From Flaccisagitta enflata (Eukaryota), in the NCBI GenBank assembly GCA_965153355.1, contig OZ231126.1:18972001-19036000 (forward strand): a stretch of 64,000 bases of DNA, in the 5' to 3' direction. Positions 42,773-58,299 of this stretch are shown here, in pieces (positions within the stretch are counted from its first letter, which is position 1; each line of letters begins with the position of its first letter). Below the pieces are notes generated by a model. That model did no database searches. It was not told where the DNA came from and was given only the letters and a program-made list of their open reading frames with translations. The translations under genes were made by a program, and so were the position numbers.

Positions 42773-43720
42773 GCCTACAGCAACATATTGTATTCTTCAC
42801 TGGTATCATCATCATCTTAGAACCAGCTGCCCAGAATCAAACAGATATCGTATTCATACACTTGTTATTAACTCAGAGAAATTGATTTTAAAAACAGCAC
42901 ATAAGAGTAAGAGAAATATAAAAGATCTTCAATAGAAAATAAAAGCACATCAACTAATCACTGAATTAACCAACCTACACAGCCAGTTATGGAGGTGCTT
43001 TGTCGCACCTAACAAGTCGCGTGCAGGACATAAATGGCTTGATGACTTTAAATGATTCAAGATGACTTAAGAAGACTGAAGATGACTTGAAATAACTTAA
43101 AAAGACTCGAAATGACTTAGAATAACTTAGAATAACTTAGAATGACTTAGAACGACTTAGAATGACTTAGAATGACTTAGAATGACCTAGAATGATTTAA
43201 AGTAAAATAAACAAGGCCGGATACACGGCTACCCCAGTCGCGTGCGGGTGGGCAGGGGCCATATTTGAGGTCAGTTGAGCATTTGGGCAGGAGCGGTATA
43301 GCCAAAAACCCCATAAACGCCGAAAAGTAAAGTGTGACGGACCGACGGATCGACGGACGGACCGACGGATGGACGGACCGGGACCGACGGACCGACGGAC
43401 GGACGGACGGACGGACCGACGGACCGACAAATGACCTAGAATGATTAAGAATGACTTAAAGCGATAAAAAGTAAAGTGTGACGGACGGACAAACGGACGG
43501 ATGGACGGACCAAAGGACGGACGGACGGATACAACGGATGGACGGAACAACCAAACGGGGTGTAGAGTCGCATAGCACGCGAGTAAAAAGTATGTCAAGA
43601 TCGCGAGTTTTTGTGCCACAGAAAACACTCGTTTTTTTTAACAGAATGGAAACACGTGGAATCGCGATCGAAGGTAATCCAGAATTGGGAGAATATGGTA
43701 TACCAATGAACAGAGGAACG

Positions 43721-43816
<96 letters not shown>

Positions 43817-45537
43817 CACAGGTTGGTGGGTCTATTCATTCAACTCTTACATGAACCAAATAGCCAAATCGTGGAAAAAATTTGATTCACTTGATTCTGC
43901 TATGCACCTAGCTTATATCTAATCCAGAAAGGACTGATTTTTTGGGAAAAGCTGACTACTAAGCCCTTCCTATCATTTTTTGAATGAAGACCAAACAAAC
44001 AAACAAAAAGAAAAAAAAAAGAAAGAAAAATATGCACATAACGGGTGGTCAAAAAAAAGTGACTATGCTAGCTTTTCTTCCAACTAGTTTGAAATTTTTT
44101 TTGTAAGTTGATATTTTAAAAATGAAGTAAAGTATATAAAAACAAGCCCGACCGGGCAACGATGCGTCCGGGCCGTGTCTCTGCGTGTATGGATCATGTG
44201 ACATATATGGAGAGACAGATGGACAAACAGACGAGTGAAACGACTAAGTGGTAAAGGAGGCTGTCAAAACATGTTGGTTGATCGTTTGTTTCAGTATAGG
44301 ATCTCACAGTGGCCAAAAACAATCGAGAAACGCGGTTTTTGCACTTGCGTAACGGACATACGGACCGACGGACGGACGGACGGACGGACGGACGGACGGA
44401 CGGACGGACGGACGGACGGACGGACGGACAGACCCTCTTATAGAGATGCATTCCTGACGGACGCATCTAAAAAACAAGTTTTTTGAATTTTTTAAAACAA
44501 ATAACTGTATAAATACAAAAAAGTAAAATGTGTGCATAAATCAGTAATAACATAGATAATCACTTGTTTTTAAGAAACACATATATTGATTAGGTCCTGT
44601 TTGAAATAATTAAAGTTATTCATAAGCTTTGGTTGAGAGATTTCAATAAAAATAAAAAGGATTTTTTAAGAAGCATACTTTGTTTTGTTGTAAGTTTCTA
44701 TTTTCATAATTTTTGTTAGTTTTTTTACCAGCTTTTGGGTCATCCTTAACTATTGATAGTTAATCTATAAAACAATTTTCATTTTCATACAAAAAATTAT
44801 TACAAAAAATCAAGGTGGTCCATAATTGAATTGATATGTATAGGAAAACTACAAAAATCACAATAACAAAAAAATTCTCCTGCTCCATATCTTCTTAGCT
44901 GAAAAAAAGTTTTACTCTAAACACTTTTTTACAAATAATAGGAGAAAACAAAAAAGTAACTATTTTTTTGACCATCGGTTACATATATCTCTTTTTTAAA
45001 AACTTATAACTACACAGCAGTTTTTTTCCACCGCTATGTTAAAAATAGGAGAACAGACACTTTCTCTATGGTTTTGGGTGGTCCTGCCCATGTAGAATCC
45101 ATAGCAAAAAAATGCAAAATCTTTCCAGGAGCGCCTTTTTTTTAAATTCCATTTTTCTGGGGGTTGTTGGTACAGGCCACTTTCAGCCATTCAGATTAGA
45201 TATGGTAACTTCTTAAGCTCATATCTCCTAAACGAATTGAGCTTTTGACCTCAACTTGGGCTCTTCCTAATATTTTTGAACGATAGCCAAACGAAAAAAA
45301 GAATATGTACAAACATAGATCCTTTTAAAACTGAACAAACTACATTATGTCTATTTGTCTCAAATCGTGAAAATTGCTGTAAGTAGGGTGTAGGGATGAT
45401 GACCCCATCCAGATCGTCCTTTTGGTCCTTCCAATGAATCCCATTTTCTCTCTTCTCATTCAATTATTCATTAAGATTCCGGGAGAGTCATGCATCTGCA
45501 AGATTCAACGATCCTTGCCAAATCTTTTAAGAAATAG

Positions 45538-45713
<176 letters not shown>

Positions 45714-46696
45714 ATAATTTTTTTTTTGCATAAAGATAACAAAATAAAAATAGAAAGTTGAAAGAAAAAAAAATATAAACAAAGCCCAATTGAAAAGTAA
45801 AGAATGATAAATAAAAACTGAAAACTGAAAACTGAAAACTGAAAACGGAAAATTCAAAAAATGAATAAAGAAATATGATAAAAGCAAAACAAAAACAAAA
45901 ACAAAAACAAAAACAAAAAGTAGATTAAAAAAAAAAGTTATAAAAGAAATAATAAGAATTATGAAGTACATAAATAAAAACAATCATTTCTTCAAAAGAT
46001 CAAAAGAAATCAGTCATGAATATTTTCAAAAAAAAAAAATGAAAGGAAAAAAACCGGGCAGGGCTTGAGGGTCTGCCTGTCTGTCTGTCTGTCTGACCAT
46101 CGGTCTGTCTCGGTGTAGCACACTGGATATTGATCAATGATACAAGAAAGAGTCTTGGTCAGTGTGTCCGATCTGGGTCAATAATTGCGGTGATTACTGG
46201 ATACTGAGATTTGAGCCTTGAGGCTGGAATTTGAGCTTTGAAGTGGGGATTTGAGCCTCGAAGCTAGGATTTGGGTCTCGTGACTATGATTTGGGCCTTG
46301 AGGGTGGGGGGACGGAGAAGAAGGAGAACCCCTTCGGGACCGCTGCCCAATAAAAACGAAAGGCTTTAAAACCGACACGTCGGGTTTCGGCAAAAATACA
46401 AGATCGATCAAATTTATAAGAAATAGCAAACAATGGCACGAGAAATGACCATGGTCAAAAAGAAAGAAGGGAAAAGAAATCACTTGGATTAGACTTCTTC
46501 GGGTCGAGGGTCGGGATGAATAGAAGATAGAAACTTTTCTTTGAAAAAAAGCTCCTTAGTCCGTCTCTCTATAACAGAGCAGTTCAGGGGCATCTTGTAG
46601 AAAGGAGCAATCCTGAACGGAATGGCAAGATGCCCCGCACATTCATGAATGTGATGCGAAACGACCAACCTTCGATATGTCGCGTTGTTGATCAAT

Positions 46697-47023
<327 letters not shown>

Positions 47024-50000
47024 TAGTTATCCAAGAATCGCTCATGGTCAGCGGTACCGATGCCCTGCTTGGAGTGAGAGCAGGGCAGCGGCCCCAAAGG
47101 GTTGATGTCCTGTAGGACACAGGGGTGAATTTCCAGATGTCCTGAGAAAGCACATTTTATTTAAGGACAGATTTAATTGATTAGAGCACAGTAATGAGAT
47201 GAGGGATGAGGGCAGATTAGAGACCTGAGAGGTTTATTTTTAGGGTTGAATTGAGACAGATTTTAGGTTTGAGAGGGCTGTTATTAGGCCTGAAACGGTT
47301 GATTTTGGGCCTAACAAGGCTGATATATTTCCTTAATGGGCTGATTTTGGGCTTGAGAGAGCTAATTTAGGACATGAAAGAGCTGATTTTAGGCCTGAGA
47401 GGGTGGAGCTTTGGGCCTGAGAGTGAGAGGACTGATTATGGGCCTGACAGGGCTTATTTGGGGCCTGACAGGGCTGATTTGAAGCCTGAACTGAAGCCTG
47501 GGGGGAGGACAGACGGACGGACGGATAGACGTACATCTGTTAATTCACCCCTGTGTCCTACTGGACATCGGCCCTTTGGGGCCGCTGCCCAAAAAAAGAC
47601 ATCACCTAATCATCATTGCTCAACCCCAACTTTTTCATCGGTATCTTTGGTTGTGGACATGACATCCTCATCATCGCTTTTTAGTCGTTTGCACGCGACT
47701 CTACAACCCGCTTTGTCCGTCGGTTGGTCGGTCGGTCGGTTGGTTGGTTGGTCACACTTTACTTTTTTTTATCACTTTTATTTCTTTAAGTCATTTTTAG
47801 TCATTCTAAGTAATTTTAAGGCGTTCTCACTCATTCTAAGGCATTCTAAGTCATTTTTAGTCATTCTAAGTCATTTTTGGTCATTAGGTCATTTTGTCGT
47901 TTTAAGTCCTTTTTGATCATTTTAAGTCATTTTAAGTCATTGTAAGTAATTCTCAGGCATTCTAAGTCATTCTAAGGCATTTTAAGTCATTCTAAGTCAT
48001 TTTAAGTCTGTAAGTATCGCACGCGACTTATTGGTGTTGGCCTTGTTCTCCAACTCCTTGCCATTAGTTCTTTTGCCGCTTCAAAAAATCAATCATCTTT
48101 AGTCGAGTGTCACGCGACTCCACACCCGGCTGTGTTGTTATGTCATTTGGTTTGTCAGTTGGTTGGTCCCCATTTGGACAGCGGCCCTGAAGGGGCCGAT
48201 GACCTAAGCTCTCACAAATCACAATATGAGTCGCACATATGGTGAATGTCTTCATTCTCCTTCTTCTCCTTCCTTTTCATTCCCGCCCCCCCCCCCAAAA
48301 AAAAAACAAACAAAAAAACAACTCAAGATCTCAGCCTTGATGCCAATACCAAACCCAAAGTCAAAATTTCAATCCGCAAGGCCCATATGACAGCCCCAAG
48401 GCCCACATCCCAGCTCAGATGCTCAAATTTCAGCCCAATGGCTCAAATCCTGGCCTCAAAGCCCTAATCTCAGCTTCAATGCCAAAATCTCAACCTGTAG
48501 GCTGAAAATACCAGTCTTGAGGTTCAAATCCTAGCCTCAAGGCCCATACCCTATCCTTGAAGGAGGAGGAGAAATTTTCCCATATGTGAAAGCAAAGGTC
48601 ATCAGCCGCTGCTCCTCTCACCATCTCAACCCCACATAAGGCCACAAATTATTTTGAATTGGCCTTGGCTAATGGAATTCTGCATCATGGACAGACAACA
48701 ACATATAGACAAACTAGTCATCCAAGGATCGCACATGGTCAGAGGTACCCGATGCCCTGCTTGGAGTGATTAGCTGCAAAAGTGGAGTGAGAGCAGGGCA
48801 GCGGCCCCAAAGGGCCGATGTCCTGTAGGACACAGGGGTGAATTTCCAGACGTCCTGAGATGGCACATTTTTTGCTTTTGGGGCTATTTTCCTTGTTATT
48901 CAATGAGAAGATTGAATTTTTTTCCATTTCATTGTCAATTTTCCATGTTATTCAATCTGAATTTTGCATTTATTTCAAAATTTTGTCAATTTTCCATGTT
49001 ATTCAATGGGTGTTTCAAATTTGTTTCATTTGTTTATCAATTTTCTATGTTATTCAATGGGAATTTTGCATTTCTTCAATTTTCCATGTTATTCAATGGG
49101 AACATGAGGCTCAGAAGCTTTGGCGAGGGGGGGGGGACGGAAGGATGGACAGACGGACGGATCTGTGTCAGATAGTGAGACAATGTCACAATATTGACAA
49201 AGAGAACACAGCGTGGCAGGCAAATAACATGAGTGACCACAGCTTCCCCTCTGACAAGGCCGTGGATTAAAGCTCACCTGGGGAAGCAGATTTCCCATAC
49301 ATACAGAAAGACAAACAGACGCTTTTACAGACAAACGGACGGAGAAGGTCGAAAAAAATGAGAGATAAAGAAAGAAACTTAATGTGACATAATCATGGGC
49401 AAAAAAGAAATCGTACATTGCTTATTTCTATCATAACTTGGTGCTGCTTTAAAGAAAGTACAAAAAATCTTAGACCATTCTAAAAAGCTTCGAAAATTTT
49501 TTTATTTGAGTCATTGAACAAAATTCTAACTTGAAAAACTCTAGAAATTATGTTAATCTTTGAAAGAGTATCACATTGAAATCTGCCAGATAAGATGTTT
49601 TTTACTAACTTGAAATCACGGACTAAATGTCTTTATTTGATTGCCATATCTAAACGGATTGACTTAAAAAGGTCTGCTTGGCGCCATTTTGTAGATAATA
49701 AGTTATATTTTCATTTTTCTCAAATTTTCTTTAGTTTCCTTTTGTCAGATACCTTTTTAATTGCGGACACGCAACTCTATATGAGGCTTTGTCCGTCTGT
49801 CCGTTGGTCCGTGCGTCCGTTGGTCCGTCCGGGGTCATCGAGTTGATAAGTGGGAAAACCCGCATTTCCGCCCCTGCCCATCCGTCCGCAACTGGTATTG
49901 GCTGTGTATCCGGCCTTGTTTATGCTTTTAAAGACAGAGCTGAAAGTACAGAATCCCCTCAAGTGGTGATGCTCACTTCCAACTCTGGCCATTTCTAAAC

Positions 50001-50683
50001 GAATTAAGCAAAAACTTTCTGCTTGGTCTAGATTTGAAGAACTTTTAAATATCTTTCAAACGGTCACCAATTGTTTTTATTTTCATTGAAACCAAGTCGG
50101 TTAAAGGCATCAAAAACCGTCATGTACGCTTTTTTTTTTGCCCACTGTTTATTGGAAAAAAGTAATGAGAAAGTAATTTCAAATTTGTGCAGAAACAACG
50201 AAAAAAGACATACCGATGATTTGATGGTCAATATCAACATCAAAAACATGATCTGACAGAGCATGTCCGAGCCTGATCTCAGGAGAGTCTTGGAGAGACT
50301 CGGAGAGTCTCGGAGAGTTGGAGAGCTCTCCAAGCAGTCTCCGAGAGTTTCCGAGACTTCGAGAGATCTCGGGACTCAACTCACTCCTTCTTCTTCTCCT
50401 TCTTCTTTTTTTCTTCTTCTTCTCCGTTTTCTTTTTCTCCTTCTTCTTCTTCTTCTTCTTCTTCTTCTTCTTCTTCTTCTTCTTCTTCTTCTTCTTCTTC
50501 TTCTTCTTCTTCTCCTTCTTCGAGAGACCCCCTTGTTCTCCGTAAAATGCACGCATGAAAGAAAGAGAGAGAAAGGAAGAAAGGAAGAAAGGAAGAAAGG
50601 AAGAAAGGCAGAATGAAAGAAAGGAAGAGAGAAAGACAGAAAAAAAAAGGAAGAAAGGCGGACAAGAAGGTAGGAAGATTGGC

Positions 50684-50737
<54 letters not shown>

Positions 50738-51637
50738 GAAAGAAAGAAAGAAAGAAAGAAAGAAAAAAAGAGCAAGCCAAAACCTTACAGTCGCGTGCGG
50801 TTTTTAAGACCATTAGACCAAAAGACTAAAACTAAAAGACAAAAAGACCAAAAGACTAAGAGACTAAAGATAAATTGACTAGAATTACTTTACATGACAT
50901 AAAATGACTGAGAATGACTTAAAATGACTTAAAACGACAAAAGAAGCAAAGCGTTACCGACGGACCAACGGACCGACCGACAGACCGACAGACCGACAGA
51001 GTGGGTTGTAGAGTCGCGTGCACGCGACTAAAAAGGAAGTGTCGATCTACGCGTTTGTTAGGATTTCCCCGACTGGCTAAGACCAAAAAATAACAGCGTG
51101 CTCGCGATCGTCGTTTTGCGTCCCTGTTTTTAGTCGCGTGCACGCGACTCTATGACCCACTCTGTCCGGCTGTCGGTCCGTCCGTCCGTCCGTCCGTCCG
51201 TCCGTCTGTCGGTCGGTCGGTCCCACTAAGCTTTTTTAGCTTTTTCGCCGCTCCTGCCCACCCGCACGCGACTTCGGCTCATGTATACGGCCTTGTTTTT
51301 TCTCTTTTTATCTCTGTTTTTAGTTGCTTTGTCCGTCCGTCGGTCCGTCGGTCGGTTGGTTGGTTGGTTGGTTGGTCGGTCGGTTGGTTGGTTGGTCGGT
51401 CGGTTGGTCCCCATTTTACTTTTTTTTTCGTTTTACTCCTATCAAGACATTTTAAGTCAATTAAGTCTTTTGAGTTCAAAATAGATCATTTTTAAGTCAT
51501 TTTAAGACATTTTAAGTCATTTGAGTCATTTTTGAATTTCAGTCAATTTAAGTCAATTTAGGTCATTATAAGTCAATTTTAGCCATTTTAGGTATATCCA
51601 AGTCATTTTGAGTCAATTTAAGTCAGTATTAGTCATC

Positions 51638-54600
51638 TAAAGGAGTGTAAACGTTTATGAAAACAAATTTATGGTGCCAAAAAAACGGTTTTTTGTTTAT
51701 TTGGAAAGGAAATTAGGAGCAAATAAACGATTTTGGATGAGGAGGAGGAGGAGGGGGAGGAGGAGGAGAGAAGTATAACAAGGCCTGATACACGGCTACC
51801 AAAGTCGCGTGCGGGTGGGCAGGGACCATATTTGAGGTCACCATACCATGTGGGCAGGAGCAGTGAGATCAAAGAAATAAAACCATAAAAAAAAGTAAAG
51901 TGTGACTGACCAACCGACCGACCAACCGACTGACCAACCGACCGACGGACCAACCAACCAACCGACCAACTGACCAACAAAGCGGGTTGTAGAGTCGCGT
52001 GCACGCGACTAAAAATCTGTTTATGAGATCAAATTTATGGTACCAAATAAACAAATTCGTTTATGAGATTCATTTTATTGGTGTTTGTAAACACAATAAT
52101 TTCTAAAGGAGTGTAAACGTTTATGAAAACAAATTTATGGTGCGAAATAAACGATTATTATTTATTTGGAAAGGAAATTGTGAGCAAATAAACAATTTTG
52201 GATGAGGAGGAGGATAAGGAGGAGGATGAGGAGGAGGAAGAGGAGGAGAAAAATATAAAAATCTGTTTATGAGATCCAATTTATGGTACCAAATAAACAA
52301 ATTCGTTTATGAGATTCATATTTTTGGTGTTTATAAACACAATAATTTCTAAAGGAGTGTAAACGTTTATGAAAACCAATTAATGGTGCCAAATAAACAA
52401 TTTTTTGTTTATTTAGAAAAAATTTCTAAAAGAGTGTAAACGTTAAAAACCAATTTAGGTGCAAAACGATTTTTTGTTTATTTGGAAAGAAAATTAGTGC
52501 AAATAAACAATTTTTGGAGGAGGGAGGAGGAGGAGGAGGAGGAGGAGGAGGAAAAAATATAAAATCTGTTTATGAGATCAAATTTATGGTACCAAATAAA
52601 CAAATTTATGAGATTCATATTTGGTGTTTATAAACACAATAATTTCTAAAGGATAAAATGAAAACCACTTATGGTGCCAAATAAACAATTTTTTGTTTAT
52701 TTAGAAAAAATTTCTAAAAGAGTGTAAACGTTTATAAAAACCAATTTATGGGCCAATAAATGATTTTTTGTTTATTTGAAAGAAAATTAGTGCAAATAAA
52801 CGATTTTGGATGAGGAGGAGGAGGAGGAGAAGAGGAGGAGAGAGAAAATAAAAATCTGTTAATGAGATCCAATTTATAAAAATAACAAATTCGTTTATGA
52901 GGTTCATATTTTTGGTGTTTATAAACACAAAAACTTCTAAAGGAGTGTAAACGTTTATGAAAACAAATTTATGGTGCCAAATAAACGATTTTTTGTTTAT
53001 TTGGAAAGGAAATTGGGAGCAAATAAACAATTTTGGATGAGGAGGAGGAGGAGGGGGAGGAGGAGGAGAGAAATATAAAAATCTGTTTATGAGATCCAAT
53101 TTATGGTACCAAATAAACAAATTTGTTTATGAGGTTCATATTTTTGGTGTTTATAAACACAAAAACTTCTAAAGGAGTGTAAACGTTTATGAAAACAAAT
53201 TTATGGTGCCAAATAAACGATTTTTTGTTTATTTGGAAAGGAAATTGGGAGCAAATAAACGATTTTGGATGAGGAGGAGGAGGAGGTGGAGAAAAATATA
53301 AAAATCTGTTTATGAGATCAAATCTATGGTACCAAATAAACAAATTCGTTTATGAAATTCATATTTTTGGTGTTTATAAACACAAAAACTTCTAAAGGAG
53401 TGTAAACGTTTATGAAAACAAATTTATGGTGCCAAATAAACGATTTTTTGTTTATTTGGAAAGGAAATTGGGAGCAAATAAACAATTTTGGATGAGGAGG
53501 AGGAGGAGGGGGAGGAGGAGGAGAGATATATATAAAAATCTGTTTATGAGATCCAATTTATGGTACCAAATAAACAAATTCGTTTATGAGGTTCATATTT
53601 TTGGTGTTTATAAACACAAAAACTTCTAAAGGAGTGTAAACGTTTATGAAAACAAATTTATGGTGCCAAATAAACGATTTTTTGTTTATTTGGAAAGGAA
53701 ATTGGGAGCAAATAAACGATTTTGGATGAGGAGGAGGAGGAGGAGGAGGAGGTGGAGAAAAATATAAAAATCTGTTTATGAGATCAAATCTATGGTACCA
53801 AATAAACAAATTCGTTTATGAAATTCATATTTTTGGTGTTTATAAACACAATAATTTATAAAGGAGTGTAAACGTTTATGAAAACCAATTTATGGTGCCA
53901 AATAAACAATTTTTTGTTTATTTAGAAAAAATTTCTGAAAGAGTGTAAACGTTTATAAAAACCAATTTATGGTGCCAAATAAACGATTTTTTGTTTTTTT
54001 GGAAAGAAAATTGGGCGCAAATAAACGATTTTTTGTTTATTTAGAAAAAATTTCTAAAAGAGTGTAAACGTTTATGAAAACAAATTTATGGTGCCAAATA
54101 AACAATTTTTTGTTTATTTGGAAAGGAAATTGGGAGCAAATAAACGATTTTGGATGAGGAGGAGGAGGAGGGGGAGGAGGAGGAGAGAAATATAAAAATC
54201 TGTTTATGAGATCCAATTTATGGTACCAAATAAACAAATTCGTTTAAGAGGTTCATATTTTTGGTGTTTATAAACACAAAAACTTCTAAAGGAGTGTAAA
54301 CGTTTATGAAAACAAATTATGGTGCCAAATAAACGATTTTTTGTTTATTTGGAAAGGAAATTGGGAGCAAATAAACGATTTTGGATGAGGAGGAGGAGTA
54401 GGGGGAGGAGGAGAAAAAAGATGCTAAAGTACTATTTCCATTGCAATTTTTGTGGCTATAAACAAAAGAAATAGGGGGCAAATAAACAATTTTTTTTATT
54501 TTTTGGTGTTTATCAATACAAAAAATTTATCGTTTACAAACACTTAATTTTTGTTGTTTATAAACAACAATATTATTGTGTTTATAAACGATCAATTATG

Positions 54601-54890
54601 GGCTCTTTTTAACGATTTTTGGGGTCAAAAAAATCAGTAGCAACCTTCAAAATTTTGATTTTTCTAATAGAACATTTTCTAGTGTGGACATTTTCAGTTT
54701 GTACTGATCAGGTCAAACAATCTCTTATTTTCCTTCGTTCATAAACAGTGATATATAGTCGTTTATAAACAACGTTTTTTACTGCCATTTAAACAATTTT
54801 CGTTTACTTGACTTGCATTTTTAATGTTTATAAACAGTTGTATAGCATTGTTTATAGACGGCGTTTATTTGGCGTTTATAAACACCCCTG
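51638..54890. repeat. ~230-bp satellite with embedded (GAG)n, in an ATAAAC/GTTTAT-rich transposon-like end
   Basis: AAGGAGTGTAAACGTTTATGAAAAC recurs about every 230 bp (for example 52940, 53172, 53395, 53629, 53861). The region ends in ...AAACACCCCTG, a hAT-like terminus, at 54890. Confidence 0.85.
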
Positions 54891-55009
54891 ATATCGAGCA
54901 CGTAATATCTCAACTGCGCCGCCAGAAGAAATGTATGAATATTCTCGTTTATGCCGTTTTTGAGGCGGAACAATCTAAAACATATTTTTTTCTCTTGAAT
55001 GGAGGCATC

Positions 55010-57772
55010 ATGATTTTGGTGCTTTGCAAATTAGCGATCATCTTGGTGGTTTTATGCACCTCCACGAATTTCGGTGCCTTTTCTCACTGGGGTAATTTGA
55101 AAAATATCATAACGTGTCAAAGCCTGATAACTGGGTTAGGGAAATGAGATTAGGAATATTATACCTATCAGAATCATGATGGTTATTAAATAACAAAATA
55201 GAATAACTGGGGGCATTGTACTTTGTCGCATGCGATAGGGCAAAGGCGGAAATAGGCGTTTTAATAGTTCTCAATTCGAACGATCGACGGATAAACAGAG
55301 GGAGGGACAGACAGACAAACGGATAGATTGAGGGACAGACAGACAAACGGACATATCGGAAGATGGACGGACGGACAGGTGGATAGACAAAGTTTCCCGT
55401 AGAGTCAATCAGTACACAACTTAAAACAAAATAATTTTGATGTTTTTTCTGAAAGAAACTACGTCGCGTTGGCCTCAGCATCTGTTCAAAATACCAAATG
55501 TTTTTTCTTGTCTTTTTTATTTTTTATCTATTTTTTTTTGTGTGTGCTCGTTTTCTTTTTTACAGATAGGTACAAACAAGCAAAGGATGGGAACTTTTAT
55601 AGTTTTCACACAACTGCGAAGAATTGGACTGATGCAAGATCTATCTGTAAACAAGAGAGGAAAGGCGCAAGATTAGCCATCATTGATAACGCAATCTCGT
55701 TTCAAGCTATTAATGATTCTGAATTCATCAATTTCAACAGCAGCGATCCGTGAGTAAAAAAAAAAACGGACAAATTTTGAGAGAGCAAAAACATATGAAG
55801 ATGTTGACCAATTTACATAAAATTTACAGTGAATAATAACCATGATTTAGACTATGTGTGGTTCGAATTTCATCAAAATCCGTTGAATACTTCAGCCGTT
55901 ATCACGTTTTTACTGAAGTCACCTCTTTTTTTGACTGCCAGAGATGACATTTATCCATCATCAAAATAATTCCATTTTTAGTAAAATTGACATTATGCAA
56001 AAAGTATTGGGAGTTTTGTTATGAATTTTGAACTGTAGTCTGATGGTGTTATTTACTAATACTAGGCAAAATTTGGGGTAGATATTGGTTGATTGTAAGC
56101 TTGCTCAAGATAAAAAATATTTAGCCACCTGTAAAAATATTTTTGCACTTTGGGGATCTAAAAATGCTTTAATCTTTACCAAAATTTTACTGGAGATGAA
56201 CCATGTGTACAAAAGTTACCAGTTTAAAAATTATGACAATTGGTTAAAGACTATGGCTATAGCATCGATTTATATTTTGGATTTCGTCTTCATTTACTTC
56301 ATTCTTAAAACCATAAAAAAAAGTTTAGGAAAACTTGCTGTTTCTGCTAAAATAATTGGAGTTTCGTATTAAAATTTTTACCACAGCCTGCTAACAATAT
56401 GGTCCACTTCCACTTCAAATTTCATCAAAATCGGACTAGATTTAGTATGTTTTTTTAAAGTTTGTTTATTCTCTTTTTGTATATTCGTATGTGTGCAGAT
56501 TGAATTTCTGATCATCTGACAAGCACTTTTAAAAAATCTATTATTCTCAAACTATTTGGAGCAGGTCATTGATTTTTTCAGTGATGCTTAATGATACTAA
56601 AAGGTAACTTCAGTAAAAATTTCAGCACACTGGGTGAATTTTCAAAGGATTTATGAGCAAAAGAAGTAACTGTCCGTTTTTTTTTTTTGTCATTGTTACA
56701 AGTGCACAGAATGGATAAATTTGTACATCGGTCTCAATGCCAAAATCAGATCAATACCATCAAATAACCATGGCAAAGAAAAAAAAGACAGTTATTTCAA
56801 TTCATTCCTACGCCCTCATTTTATTGATCTGCTCAAAATCCTTTTAATTAGTTACAGTATATCAAATTACCTACTCAGCAAAAAAATCAGAACTCAAGAA
56901 TGTTGATTTTTGAGCCCGTGGCATCACTTTTTCAGAAAAAACATCTGGCAAAAAAGAGAGGAAAAAAGCTCCATCTTTAAAACTTTCTGAAATTCATTTT
57001 GACAACTATTACAAAAAATGATACTATGGGCGCAAAAATCAACTTTTATGAGTTCTGATCTTTTTGCTGAGTAGGAAATTCGACATACTATGAACACTTA
57101 AAAAGATTTGTGGCCATTTAAAAACAAATAAGCGCGCAGTAACAATTGTAAGTCAAGTAAGAATATTAATCAGTGGGAAAATCATTATCTGACTAATTAT
57201 CTGACTAATTTGTTTTGCCATAGTTAGAGTCAAACCACGTCATAAATGCTGTAGTTGTATAGAGTGTCTATAGGGGAAATTTCTCTTATCTCCAACAATC
57301 AATTCAATACTACTACACCATTGATGGCGTAGTGCCTAGATCAAGTCCAAATCAATTTTCCAAAGAGATTTAGCTCCTAATATGCAAAAGGAACATGAAA
57401 AGTGCTTGGAAATAGTGTTTCATTTGAATGCCCAAATTTAGCCCACTCTAGTGTGGAAGCGTATAGTTGTTGTGCACTTTGAGCGTGTAAAAGAAATGTA
57501 CAATTGATCATCCCGTCTCTTTTTAAGCCTTTGGCTGGGAGCATCCGACCAAGACAGTGAAGGGACATGGTACTGGATCGATGAAAAGGACGCAAAACAC
57601 AATGCATCTTATATGCAATGGAAAAAAATCGGAAAAAATAAACAACCAGATGGCGGAAAAAGCCAAAATTGTCTTTTGCTCAAAAGGAGTGACTCCACAA
57701 ATGTTTGGTTTCACGATGGCAAATGCGAGAGTTCAACTTCAAGGAAATGCTTGTGTCAACGCCTGCAAAAAA
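55010..57772 (+). CDS. Secreted C-type lectin domain protein (QPD type), multi-exon
   Basis: Phase-consistent exons 55010-55091 (signal peptide), 55566-55749 (FYSFH..KNWTDARSIC...GARLAII) and 57528-57772 (LWLGASDQDSEGTWYWID...QPDGG..QNCL...FHDGKC...CLCQ). Candidate phase-compatible 3' exons 58683-58773 and 58872-59013 are weaker. Confidence 0.88.
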
Positions 57773-58299
57773 GTGAGTTTTGACTGTCATGGGGAAATAT
57801 TGTTCGATAACAATAAACAAGGCCAGATACACGGCTACCCCAGTCGCGTGCGGGTGGTCAGGGGCCGTATTTTAGGTCACTTGATCACTTGGGCAGGAGC
57901 AGTGAGGCCGTAGACCGCAAAAAAAAGTGAAGTGTGACGGACGGACGGACGGACGGACGGACCGACGGACGGACCGAGAAAGCAGGGTGTAGAGTCGCGT
58001 AGCACGCGACTAAAAAATCTTCCCTCCAGAATGCTGAAGTTTTAGTTGGGATTTGAGTCTTAGACTGGAATTGGCGCCACGATGCATGGGGTTGAGCCTC
58101 AAGGTATCTATTGGGAATCATGATTTTGAGCGTAGTTGGAAAAAGGAATTTGAGATCCAAGGCTGGAGTTTGTAGGAGGAGAGGAGAGGAAATAGAAGAA
58201 GAAGAAGAAGAAGAAGAAGAAGAAGAAGAAGAAGAAGAAGAAGAACAAGAACAAGAACAAGAACAAGAACAAGAACAAGAACAAGAAGAAAAAGAAGAA

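Noticed and set aside
42763-42935. C-terminal extension of the R2 ORF in the ORF track
   Set aside because: Artefact of reading through the N gap; the post-gap sequence lacks the R2 GKTNFFE tail.
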